Below are positions 52,931-64,000 of a stretch of DNA of 64,000 nt, piece after piece; the stretch's first letter is position 1; every line of letters begins with the position of its first letter. The stretch lies in assembly GCA_965113315.1 (NCBI GenBank), contig OZ220365.1. The stretch is one strand, 5' to 3'. Made by a program: the position numbers and the translations under genes. A model generated the notes under the pieces. That model did not search any database, was not told where the DNA came from, and was given only the letters and a program-made list of their open reading frames with translations. This DNA comes from Podarcis vaucheri. Lineage: Eukaryota.

Positions 52931-55850
52931 CGCCAAAGAGTTCATTTCTCAGCTGAGCTGATGGGGTGAGCCTCTCCTTTCTCAACCTTAGTAGCACCAA
53001 AGGGTTTCATCTTAGCAGCACCAAAGGGTTTCACCAGTAGATGAAAACCCAAGGGAGAGGAGGATGTGAATGGCAACTGTGAATTTTCACTGCATTATAA
53101 TGCGTTTGAATGCACGTTCCCTGAGTTCAGCTTGCTTTCAGAATTTAGGAATGTCCAAAGTAGCAATTTATTTGGAAATGAAATCAAAACGATTTGTCTT
53201 CCTCCCAAACAACCCAGTAATCTACTCGTAAGGTATATTTATTTTCTCTCTGCACAAGTTACCCTTCATGTTTAATATATGTTGTTTCCATTTTGGTAGG
53301 CAGGTGGTATAAGCCGTGATTCCTCTGTAGCAGGATGCTGAGACAACCCACTTCATTGTGAAATAACAATGTTTGCATACGCTCGTCTAATCTTTCTGTT
53401 TTAAAAGGGGGGGAAAGCGCCCCAGGTCTTCATTAAACATTTATTATTTATCTTCTATACTCTCTTTGCGTTGCAGGGTTATTTGGCGAGATGAACTTTT
53501 CCCAGCTCAAAAATATTAAAACATGAAAATTCCATTTGCGCTCATTGGAGTAGCATAGCAGAAACCTCTGTGGGTATTTAATCATTCAAAATAAAGGGTT
53601 TTATTTAATTTTTAAACATGTATTTCATTTTATGTTTTATTTAAATTGTTTTAACATTTGCCGAGAAGCCCCTGAAGTACTAAAACTTTTGAAACTTAGG
53701 TTAGCTTAAAAATAAACATGAGTAATCCTGCATGTGGAGGAATGACAGGAGAGAGGAAGGGGGAGAGAGAGATGCAAGTATGCTGCTGAGAAAGAAACCA
53801 GCCATGATGATTACAAAGCATTACTTGCAAAAATTATCAAGCTATACAAGGAAGCCGGAATTGGGTTGCTCATTGATAACAATAGGCCTTTTTTCTGATT
53901 ATTATGAATATTTAAAGGAGCTCATGAGAAGCTCAAAGCTAATGTGCAAAATCAGATTTTGGTAGAGCAGTTCTCTGGCTAGGGATTTTGAACCTCAGAG
54001 ATAAGGCAGCAGTTTCCAGATGTTAATGAGGCAGACAGTGTAGGCATGGTTTGGGGAAACCAAATATAGAACAAGAAGAGTTGAGATGATGAAGACCTGT
54101 GGGAAACTGCAAGGCACGCAATGCAAAAGAACTTTACTAGCAAATGCTGTATTTTTGTGAGTAAGTAACATGTAAGGCAAGGGACCAAACTTGCAATTGA
54201 AACGAAAAAGTTGAACATTTCAAAGGAGAGGGGAAAAAGAAGGAATAAGATGGAGCTTACATCTGAAACAGTAATGGTTGCAGTTAATATGGATTCAATT
54301 TGTTTCCTTCTACAGGAAATTTGCAACCCACTTAAATTGGTTAGTAGCATTAATCACTTCTCTGCTTCTTTCCTGACTCCAAAATGCACCTTTCTTTTCT
54401 TCATTATCTTATCCAGCTTTTAGAAGCAGCCCATATACTCATACACTTTACTTCATATAAATCCTTGTTAATGGAAAACACTAATTTGTTTCTGTTTTGT
54501 CTTATGGGGGGGGGGCAAACGCCGTGTGTTCATAGGTTTTACTTGACTATTTCTTCTGTATGTACTTTCCATCTGTCTTGAAATATATTAGGGCTGTCAT
54601 TCTTCTTCATTTCTTAAAGTTATTTAATTAATTGTTTGAGGTTTCCAGTGCAATCTTATACATACCATAATCCCTGCTGACTTCAATGGGACTTACTACC
54701 AGGTAAGTGGGTATAAGATTGCAGCCTTCATTAAGTAATTAATCAATTTTATAGTTGCATATGAATAAGACACTTGTTTTTTGGGGGGTGGGGAGTGCCT
54801 CCTTGTTTTCAGACAAGGCATGTGCCACAGAACACACAATGTATTCCCTCCTGTGTCATAGAAAAAGAAGTTGGAATCTTCTTTTAAGAGGTGCCATATG
54901 TCCAGAAGAGTAGATTATGGCAAATTTTCTTTTAAAAAGCTCAACAACTTTGCCAACTGTTGTGTCTGGACTTTCACTTTTTAAAATATGGCAACCCGAT
55001 TCTAATATGCTGTTGACCCTGTGCCTTTTTTATATGTGTTAATATTTAACACAATGTATTTCCCTATAAATTGGGGGCACCTTTTGATCAGTTAAAAAGC
55101 TTTTAAACTGATAACTGTTTAATCAGCTAAATGGCGCAGCCCCCTAATAATACTTAAATTATATTACAGTACTTGCAAAGTTAAAATAAAGTTCCATTTA
55201 AAAGAACTTGGCTATATGTTTTGGAAAACGTAGCCGCAATGTTTGGCACACTTGATTGTGTTTGCAGGATCTGGACTGGGACTCAATACAGAATCAGAAC
55301 TGTAGGTGAGCTCTTAGACTCAGAACCAGGAGATGAACTCAGCTATAGCTGTCAAGCAAGCACATGCCTCATAGTGACAGACTCACGGTTATGATTCAAG
55401 TATCAAGCTAGGAAAGTTAGGCAAGAAAAGAAGCTGCAAGGATTGTCAGAATCTTATCAAGGACAGAAGATCACACCTAGGAAGTACTTTTTATGAGAAG
55501 GCACGGGTGGCAATTTGAGGTAGAATTCAACCCGGCGCTGCATTGTTGGATAGCAGATGAGGCAAAAACTGTGAGGATATTGAAGTTGGGTCGTATTGGA
55601 AGTTCAGGATAATCAGGGCAGGGCAAAAGCATATCTGGATCCATGGAGCAGGAGTGGTAAGGGAGCATACCTAGAGATGAGGGATGCAGTTCCTTCTTCA
55701 TGCACCAAGCTCAGCACATAACTCTTTGGATCAGGGCCACCATGTTTGAATTCCTCGTAAAGCACCACCTTGCTAAACAAATGATGTTTTTCTCTTCCAG
55801 CCACATTTCTTACGGAATGAAAGCCTATGATAACTGTTATTTATTCCTAG

Positions 55851-56119
55851 CAAACTGCATTCAGAGAATGAGACAAACACCTCCTCTTGATGAATTGCAG
55901 CCCCCACCGTACCAAGATGATAGCGGCTCCCCGCATCTCTCATGCACGCCCTCCGAAGTTGGTGACAGCAAATGTGAATTCTCTCAGTGTAGCAACAGTC
56001 CGAGATGCTCATATAAATGCCCAAGTGAAGGGAGCACTGGGCATGAAATAGAAAGCTTCCATAACAAAGGATATGAAGAAGATGTACCCAGTGACAGCAC
56101 TGCAGTCCTTAGCCCAGAG
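55851..56119 (+). CDS. SYT14: SYT14 exon 5, linker (ANCIQRMRQTPPLDELQPPPYQDD...DSTAVLSPE)
   Basis: Acceptor ttattcctag|, donor GAG|gtaaac; 269 nt, phase 1-0. In frame with exon 4 (G+CA = Ala). Confidence 0.96.
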
Positions 56120-56282
56120 GTAAACACACGCTCTCCCAATTGTACCAAAATTATTCAGGATATAATGAAGCAGCATTGGTCCGGTACATTACAGATCAGT
56201 CGGGCCTTGAAAGATGGCTTTCCCCATTGAGCCATACATGCACCACCTGAGACACAGGCAGAGAACTCTTTAAGTTCCTCCA

Positions 56283-56626
56283 GGTGGCGCTGTGGGTTAA
56301 ACCACAGAGCCTAGGACTTGCCGATCAGAAGGTCGGCGGTTCGAATTCCCGCGATGGGGTGAGCTCCCATTGCTTGGTCCCTGCTCCTGCCAACCTAGCA
56401 GTTCGAAAGCACGTCAAAGGTGCAAGTAGATAAATAGGTACCACTGCGGTGGGAAGGTAAACGGCATTTCCGTGCACTGCTCTGGTTCGCCAGAAGCGTT
56501 TTAGTCATGCTGGCCACATGACCCGGAAGCTGTACGCCGGCTCCCTCGGCCAATAAAGCGAGATGAGAGCTGCAACCCCAGAGTCGGCCACGACTGGGCC
56601 TAACGGTCAGGGGTCCCTTTACCTTT
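56283..56626 (+). mobile_element. Near full-length Sauria SINE
   Basis: GGTGGCGCTGTGGG head, GGTTCGAATTCC B-box, CCCTTTACCTTT tail. Confidence 0.92.
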
Positions 56627-57546
56627 TGCCTACTGAGCATGAAAACTGAGATGCAGCCTCTATCAAAGCCTTGGCTAGAGTTTAAATTAGAGAGGATGTG
56701 GTAATTCTTCTTGTTTGCCTGGATAGAGGATCAAGGAGTGTGTGTGTGAGAGTATGTGGAAACTAGCCTACTGTAAAAAGGTAAAAACCACCTTTCCCTC
56801 TGGCCCCACTCATCACTTCCCTGTGGCCCCCGGAAACTTGCCCAGAAGAAAAGGTGGCCCCCAGGCTGAAAAACACTCCCCAATTCTGACACATCAGAAG
56901 ACCACCTCAGGACCTGAAGTTAACTTCTTCCCCAAACCTGCCCCTGAGCCTTTCTTCCACCAAGTGCCCTGTGGGAAGAATAGCCATGACTTTTTACTTT
57001 CCTCATAGTAAAATATTGTGTACTTTAAAAAAGTAATTTAATGTCACTAATAAGCCGTTGTGGAAGGATTTGTATCCTGAAAGGTGGGAAAGAAGTAATT
57101 GCAACAAATAAGTATATAAATGTAAGTCTATTATAGTTAGACTTGCTAACTTTTCAGTGGAATTCTTTGACTGGAATCTTAATGTTTGGTACACAGATAA
57201 CACCACCGTCATCTACCACAACCAAAATTATTAGCAGATTTGGCTACATATGTGAATCTCATTCTTATAATTAATAATGTGCTTTGATAGTTTAAATGTA
57301 CAGCATGCAATTAGGAAGGTGTTTTATTTTTAACTGAGTCTTCTCACATACCAAATGTCACTTTGACTGGTCATTTGACCAGTCTGGTAGCAGGGTTTTG
57401 GTTTTCTTTTTAGTAAAGCACAGGGTGAAATAGGTGGAAAAAGGCTGTGGTGTCAGCACATAGCACCCTCATGCTATGGGACTTATCTGTCCCTCCCTTA
57501 AAATAAATCTGGCACTCTGAAGAATCACCAGGTGTTTTGAAACAGC

Positions 57547-57583
<37 letters not shown>
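57547..57583. repeat. (TAT)n microsatellite
   Basis: Direct read. Confidence 0.9.
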
Positions 57584-57586
<3 letters not shown>

Positions 57587-58333
57587 CACAAATGGAAGTT
57601 CTTTCCCCCAATAGACATAGCAGGTGCAGAAGGCCTAATCCTGAAACTGACTATAGTAGAGGGAAAGGGGTTAGCTTACCCACCCTGATCCAGATCAGAC
57701 CTCCTGCACATGCTTTTAACTTTTAAAATGCCATGCCCACAATTGATAATGTCATGAGCAACATCTAGTCTTGCCTTTAAAGGCACAATTTCTACAGCCC
57801 CTGCTTCTATGTATCAGGCTGCACAATCCACAAATTGTCACTTATTTCTATGTTTTATTTCTGTTTTGTTCATTTTTATGCAAACATTTCAAAATGGTTT
57901 ATTATGTCATTGATTAATTAAATTTATTATGTCATTTAATTCTCCAGCTCCTCCCGACCCCTTCAACATTGTCCTAGCCAGTTCTCCCAGCTGTTTCCAA
58001 ACACTTTGACCTTCTTGCTATGAACCTTTTATTCTTGCCTTTCTCTTTTCTGATTGGCTCTTTTCACAAGCAGTAAAAGAAGCCTTCACATTTTTTGTTT
58101 GACTGCCTGACAGCATACTGTCCTTCCTTGAATATTCAAATACCTTGTGTGTGAAATGAACAAAAACATCATACTCCGTCACCGAGGACAAGCATTTTAA
58201 TTTTAACAATTTATGTTAAGACACATACTGGCGAAACCACTTTTAACAAAATGTATCACAGAGTGTATCGATACAGTTATAGATGTCTAAATGGGGGTGA
58301 ATGTATGTAAAATCTCTGCTCCATTTCATTTAG

Positions 58334-58783
58334 GATCTGTCAGCTCGAGGATCATCATCACAGCTCCCTAAATCTTTTGATCCTGAACCAGAAGCTAAGT
58401 ATGGCACCCTGGATGTGACTTTTGACTACGACTCGCAGGAACAGAGGCTTCTGATAACAGTGACAGCTGTCACAGACATTCCAAATTATAGCAGGACAAG
58501 TGGAAGTTTATGGCAAGTACACCTGGTTCTTCTTCCTATCAAGAAGCAGAGAGCAAAGACCAGCATCCAGCGGGGTCCATGCCCTGTCTTCACTGAGACA
58601 TTTAAATTTAATCATATTGAGTCTGAGATGATTGGGAATTATGCAGTGCGCTTTAGACTGTACAGTATACGCCGTGTAAAAAGAGAGAGGATTTTGGGAG
58701 AAAAGATATTTTACTTAACCAAATTAAATCTTCAAGGGAAGATGTCGGTACCGGTGACATTGGAGCCAGCGTACCCTATTTCC
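58334..58783 (+). CDS. SYT14: SYT14 exon 6, C2A domain (DLSARGSSSQLPKSFDPEPEAKYGTLDVTFDYDSQEQRLL...LEPAYPIS)
   Basis: Acceptor ccatttcatttag|, donor TCC|gtgagt; 450 nt, phase 0-0. C2 motifs WQVHLVLLP, PVFTETFKF and VRFRLY; lacks the canonical Ca2+-binding Asp set, as known for SYT14. Confidence 0.97.
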
Positions 58784-59121
58784 GTGAGTATTAAATCATA
58801 CAGAAAAGTGTACAACCAAGGATTCTGATTAGAACCGTTATTTGTGCCACAAAGAAATATACTTCTCTACAGCAGGACAATCGTTACAGCAGGGCAATGA
58901 ATAGTTGGTTGATTTAATGAAATTCGCTCACTCCTTCTTTTCTGTTGGGGAAGGAGAGAATCCATTTTGGAGTTCACCTCAGGTGCTGAAATGGCTTGGA
59001 CTGGCCCTGGTAGTAGCCCTAAAACTTTGTAATTCCCTCCCAGCAAAGGTCCATGTAGCATTGCCATTATTCAGTTTTTGTCATATGCTAAAGACACACC
59101 TCTTTATCTTGGCCTTTGAGG

Positions 59122-59123
<2 letters not shown>

Positions 59124-59150
<27 letters not shown>
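59124..59150. repeat. (GT)n microsatellite
   Basis: Direct read. Confidence 0.9.
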
Positions 59151-59152
<2 letters not shown>

Positions 59153-59196
59153 ACCTGAAAATAGTAAATTAGTAATATATATATATATATATATAT

Positions 59197-59453
59197 ATGC
59201 AGGTTTTGGTGTCTTCGGGTGTCTTCCCGTGTAAGAGTCGGGGTGTCTGGGCGACGTTTCGACGAGGTCTCACTCGTCATCTTCAGGCTGGTGCTTTCGG
59301 CTTCTTGTTACTGTAACAAGAAGCCGAAAGCACCAGCCTGAAGATGACGAGTGAGACCTCGTCGAAACGTCGCCCAGACACCCCGACTCTTACACGGGAA
59401 GACACCCGAAGACACCAAAACCTGCATTCCTGTACCCGTGAAAATCTACGAAA

Positions 59454-59455
<2 letters not shown>
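59197..59455 (+). mobile_element. Penelope-like element remnant: perfect inverted repeat plus 3' extension, inserted in (TA)n
   Basis: Arms 59197-59311 and 59313-59427 are exact reverse complements; the right arm continues 28 nt further; (TA)n on both sides; hammerhead core inside. Confidence 0.75.
59336..59373 (+). ncRNA. Minimal type I hammerhead ribozyme motif (mirrored on the minus strand at 59251-59288)
   Basis: CUGAAGA-U-[GACGAG ugagac CUCGUC]-GAAA-CG-UC; predicted cleavage after C59371; stem I only 2 bp. Confidence 0.65.
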
Positions 59456-59506
<51 letters not shown>

Positions 59507-60233
59507 ATGCTATTAATTGTGCTTTGAACTGTATTGCTTTTGCTGTTGCATGTCAGCCAAGATTCCTTTGTAAAAGGATGCTATCAGAAATACTGGAAGG
59601 TTTACTCCATTGGAGACCAAGACAGAAAGAAATATGAGATCTCTGATAGTTGTTTCTGTAATAATTATCATCTGAGGGGGTGCTTTCAGGAAACGTTAAA
59701 TCTGAGGTAATTAATCCAGCTCAATGTGGGCACATCATTTTATCCTACAATGTAACGTAAACAACATGGCTCTCATTTGTGTAATACAAGATGAGTATTA
59801 CTAAGTTGGAATGTGTGAGCTCTTTGAAGTAATGTAAGTGGCTTGTCTGAACAGATCCACAATGAACAACTGTTGCTCAAGTCTAGGTTTGAAAGCTGGT
59901 GGTACTAGAAATAAACATGGGTAGGGGGACAGAGGGGTGAAAAGAGAAAAAACAGAATGATTCAGCTTCCTAAGCTCCAGTTAGTTTTCCCTGCATTTAC
60001 TACACAGTTTCCTCCAGGTTCCTCAGATATGTGTTTATTGTATCACCTTGTGAGAAGCATGGTAGGATTCTGCCAAATGGCTTGAATCACCTTGTATCAG
60101 CTGCAGGCAGCACTAAACCAAATTCTTCCCAACTGAATTTGCAATGAGACAGGGGGGCATCATATGCTATATTCAAGAAACCGTCAAAAGACTTTAAGGA
60201 CAATGGGGCTATCTATCGCTTACAGGTCATATA

Positions 60234-61083
60234 GGGACGTGGGTGGCGCTGTGGGTTAAACCACAGAGCCTAGGACTTACTGATCAGAAGGTCGCGGTTC
60301 GAATCCCTGCTCCCGGGTGAGCTCCCGTTGCTCGGTCCCAGCTCCTACCAACCTAGCAGTTTGAAAGCACATCAAAGTGCAAGTAGATAAATAGGTACCA
60401 TTCCAGCGGGAAGGTAAATGGCGTTTCCGTGTGCTGCTCTGGTTCGCCAAAAGCGGCTTAGTCATGCTGGCCACATGACCTGGAAGCTGTACGCCAGCTC
60501 CCTCGGCCAATAAAGCGAGATAAGCGCCGCAACCCCAGAGTTGGCCACAACTAGACCTAATGGTCTAGCAGAGACCTTGCCAACAAAGTTCCATATAGTT
60601 AAAGCCATGGTTTTCCCAGTAGTGATGTATGGAAGTGAGAGCTGGACCATCAAGAAGGCTGATTGCTGAAGAATTGATGCTTTTGAATTATGGTGCTGGA
60701 GGAGACTCTTGAGAGTCCCATGGACTGCAAGAAGATCAAACGTATCCATTCTTAAGGAAATCAGCCCTGAGTGCTCACTGGAAGGACAGATCGTGAAGTT
60801 GAGGCTCCAATACTTTGGCCACCTCATGAGAAGAGAAGACTCCCTGGAAAAGACCCTGATGTTGGGAAAGATGGAGGGCAAAAGGAGAAGGGGACGACAG
60901 AGGACGAGATGGTTGGACAGTGTTCTTGAAGCTACAAACATGAGTCTGACCAAACTGTGGGAGGCAGTGGAAGACAGGAGTGCCTGGCGTGCTCTGGTCC
61001 ATGGGGTCACGAAGAGTTGGACACGACTAAACGACTAAACAACAACAACAACAGACCTAATGGTCAGGAGTCCCTTTACCTTT
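60234..61083 (+). mobile_element. Full-length Sauria SINE interrupted by BovB
   Basis: GGGACGTGGGTGGCGCTGTGGG head; tail CCCTTTACCTTT at about 61072-61083; TSD TTACAGGTCATAT on both flanks. Confidence 0.9.
60566..61052 (+). mobile_element. BovB 3' fragment nested in the Sauria SINE
   Basis: ORF 60709..61038; (CAA)n tail; 13-bp TSD AGACCTAATGGTC at 60553-60565 and 61053-61065. Confidence 0.93.
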
Positions 61084-62667
61084 ACAGGTCATATGCTTTC
61101 TTTATAGAATTGATTCCTCAAAGAATAGTGGATCTACATATACACACACATGCAATATTCTCTGGGGGATTTTCTATAAAGCTTGCAAAAAAAATCATGA
61201 GGTGGCTGCCATTATTTTGCTAATGGGCTGTTCTTTCAGAGTACTCACAGCCATTAATTAACATTCAAGACCATGGATTTTAGTGGGCTTAATCAGTAGC
61301 AGTGTGTGTTGTGGCCTCCTGTGACTGGCATTTCTACGGCTTACCTGGACAAGGCAGGGCAACAGTGAGGTCAGGGCTACATGGTTGCATTGGTGGGACT
61401 GTGGCCTGTTCCCACCCCTGTCCAAGTAAGCAGCAGTGATGCCAGTGCCATGCTACTACTGACCTTATGTGTGGTTAACTCTATGTTAGGTTGTGATTTT
61501 TGACTTGGGATCCCTTTATCGGGGATGCCTGAGGAAGTTGCTCTTTGTGAATTCTGATAGAAACTGAGCTGACCCACACACACCTCCCAAGCTATTATGC
61601 AGATTGGAACCTAGTTATTCTTTAGATTTAGCACTCCTCTGAATTTTCTGCTGCAGTTTTTCACTCCAAAATATGTAAAGTATCTGAGGTGAAATACATT
61701 TATAAATGCATATTTAGAGATAAAATATGTTCAAAAAGTATTTATTTAAATTTGACTTTTGTGAGTTTTTTAAAATCTTGTAGATTGATGCAGAAACACG
61801 ATGAAATGGATTTATGAAAAAACATTGCTTGAAAGAGGCATAAACCAGAAATAGACTGATATGTGCCTGCTTACCCTTTAATCAAATGTTTGAAAAGTTT
61901 TTATGGCTACATTCTTACATAGCTGTGAAGTATGTTTGTCAGTGAAAGATGCCTTGCATATGACACTATTAGACCCTAATGTAGACTATAAAAAGGGTAT
62001 CTAGGCAATAATTTTAATGCTTTGTCAGAGCACATTCCAAACAAATTAAATAATCTATCTTCTCATTTTTACCCACTAAGATGTACTGCATAATTTTTAT
62101 TAGAAAACTTATAAAGACACTGCATTGTGCATCAAATGAGAAAAGTGGCACAAGGGTGCCATTCTTACCTTGCCAAATGTCTGTTGAGGAAGTTGGAACA
62201 CTGATTTGCCAAAACATATAAATTCTGTTTTGTCATTTCATTTTGAGAGTATATTATTCACAGTAGCTTAAGTTTGGGAACAAAGCTGATCTGTGAATAG
62301 TGTGATACTTTTGTTCTCAGAATAATTTGCCTATGCATATATTTCACATATTATTTATGATTTGCAGAAGGAAATTTGATATAACTTTATAGACTCTGTA
62401 GTAATAAATCACAGCTGTATGTAATAATTTTTAAAGATTTGAGTCTCTTGATTATACCCAGTGAAGGAATTATGTTTTTCATTTGATTTTACTTTAATCA
62501 GTGTTTTTGCCCAAGACAGAAGGAGATTTTTAATAGTGCATCTACCAGTTTGCCCTCTTGAGATTGAAAAAAACAAATTAGAAGCAAAGGCCTTTGAGAA
62601 GTTGTCTTTTAACCAATTCTTCTAAAACTCTGATTAGGTGCTTCATGCAATTCTATAGAGTCTATGC

Positions 62668-62963
62668 CAGGGGTCAGCAAACTTTTTCAGCAGACCTTGT
62701 GAGGGGCTGAACTATATGGGGGGGGGGAATGAACGAATTCCTATGCCCCACAAATAACCCAGAGATGCATTTTAAATAAAAGCACACATTCTACTCATGT
62801 AAAAACACCAGGCAGGCCCCACAAATAACCCAGAGGTGCATTTTAAATAAAAGCACACATTCTACTCATGTAAAAACACGCTGATTCCTGGACCATCCGC
62901 AGGCCGGATTGAGAAGGCAATTGGGCCGGATCTGGCCCCCGGGCCTTAGTTTACCTACCCATG
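62668..62963 (+). mobile_element. hAT-family MITE
   Basis: CAGGGG...CCCATG; TSD GTCTATGC/GTCCATGC; internal duplicated ACACATTCTACTCATGTAAAAACAC unit. Confidence 0.88.
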
Positions 62964-63937
62964 GTCCATGCAGAATTAAGAATCAATGAGTTCTGTGTGG
63001 CTTTCTCCTAGATAAGTGGATATAGGATTGTAGATGAGCAGATCAATCCTCTGCACTGGAGTGAATTTGGATGGGGCTTCCAACTGCATGTGACTGAACG
63101 TGTGGAAGCTACCACTGGCAGTGTCAGTGTCAGCTACAGCTTGTGTGTGCCTCCCAAACAAGGCTTTTCAGGGGCGAGGAGTGGAGAGTTTTGGGTTGGC
63201 AAAGGAACTACTGATCCTAAGCCAGTCCATTGACAGGCCCAATCCAGGTCTCTCTGCTGTGTTATCCTGGAGCTGCTCCAGAATGGTAATTTCGTGCCAC
63301 CCACCTTCTGCTCTGATTGCCATGATGTCCAGTTGTACCCTCCAGGAGTTTGGATTGTGCCCTTAATAAAACAACATATCATTTTTTACTGTACCACTAG
63401 AATGGCATATGTAGCCGGCAAGATTTTTCATAAATCAATAAAAGAGCTTGGCTCTAAATTTTATTCAAACTAGATCTCACCCCCTCATCTTAAATAGAAG
63501 CTATACTGTGATTAAAATAATCATCATCACAAATATTCTGATTACAAATATGGTCCCCCCTGCCTTAATGGAAGCAGCCCCCACAACAGCGGGGGATCAC
63601 CAGCAAATGAAAAACAAGGATGACAGAGGCTAAATCACCCTTGCAAATTCCCCCCAGGGATGGGGGGAATGGGCTTCACTCGTAGTTTGACTCGGTACCT
63701 GGCTCTTGCTCCAGTATGGGACAGGAGACCTTTAATCTTAACTTAGCAGCTTGCTTTTCTGTCTCTAACCATGAGTCAACCTGGGAAGCATGTAGAATTG
63801 TAGAAATAAAGTAAGTTACCCTTTCAGTGCCAAAACAGGAACATTCCTGTTCAAGATAACCTTTTCTAAGAAGCCAGAAGCTTTTCTTTTAGCAATCCTA
63901 GGTGCAAAGATTCCAAATAACCGGAAGAGACTATTTA

Positions 63938-64000
63938 CCGTATTTTTTGCACCATAACACTCACTTTTTTCCTCCTAAAAAGTAAGGGGAAATGTCTGTG
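63938..64000. mobile_element. Left end of a MITE related to 41391-42312 (runs off the window)
   Basis: TA followed by CCGTATTTTTTGCACCATA...GGGGAAATGTCTGTG. Confidence 0.65.

Noticed and set aside
53447-53530. Strong-looking acceptor TCTCTTTGCGTTGCAG at about 53476
   Set aside because: The frame from exon 4 closes after about 16 codons and no convincing donor follows; insufficient support.
55700-55850. N-terminal extensions of ORFs overlapping SYT14 exons (also 17667, 20710) and the 58415 start
   Set aside because: They cross canonical acceptors or start inside an exon; ORF-caller artefacts around real exons.

Overview
Vertebrate genomic DNA, almost certainly from a lacertid lizard, inferred from Podarcis-type Sauria SINEs together with BovB, Rex1, L2/CR1 and many MITEs. 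The whole window lies inside the synaptotagmin-14 gene (SYT14, + strand). Five canonical coding exons are visible with GT-AG boundaries: 4030-4077, 17716-17880 (transmembrane), 20756-20974, 55851-56119 and 58334-58783 (C2A domain). Exon 1 and the C2B exons lie outside the window. Exon numbers below follow my recollection of the mammalian gene. Two things stand out. (1) The introns hold several candidate alternative 5' coding exons, each with a start ATG and a phase-1 donor that splices in frame into the SYT14 body. They would swap the membrane anchor: a 228-codon amphipathic/acidic exon (18903-19587) replacing the TM domain, an MG-xxx-TCC acylation-type exon (51284-51449) behind a promoter-like CpG patch, and a short N-glycosylation-sequon exon (10649-10697) ahead of the TM exon. 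(2) A perfect 115-bp-arm palindrome (59197-59427), Penelope-like and inserted in (TA)n, carries a minimal hammerhead ribozyme core. The introns also contain nested transposons with readable target-site duplications. All calls were made by eye; no database searches were run.
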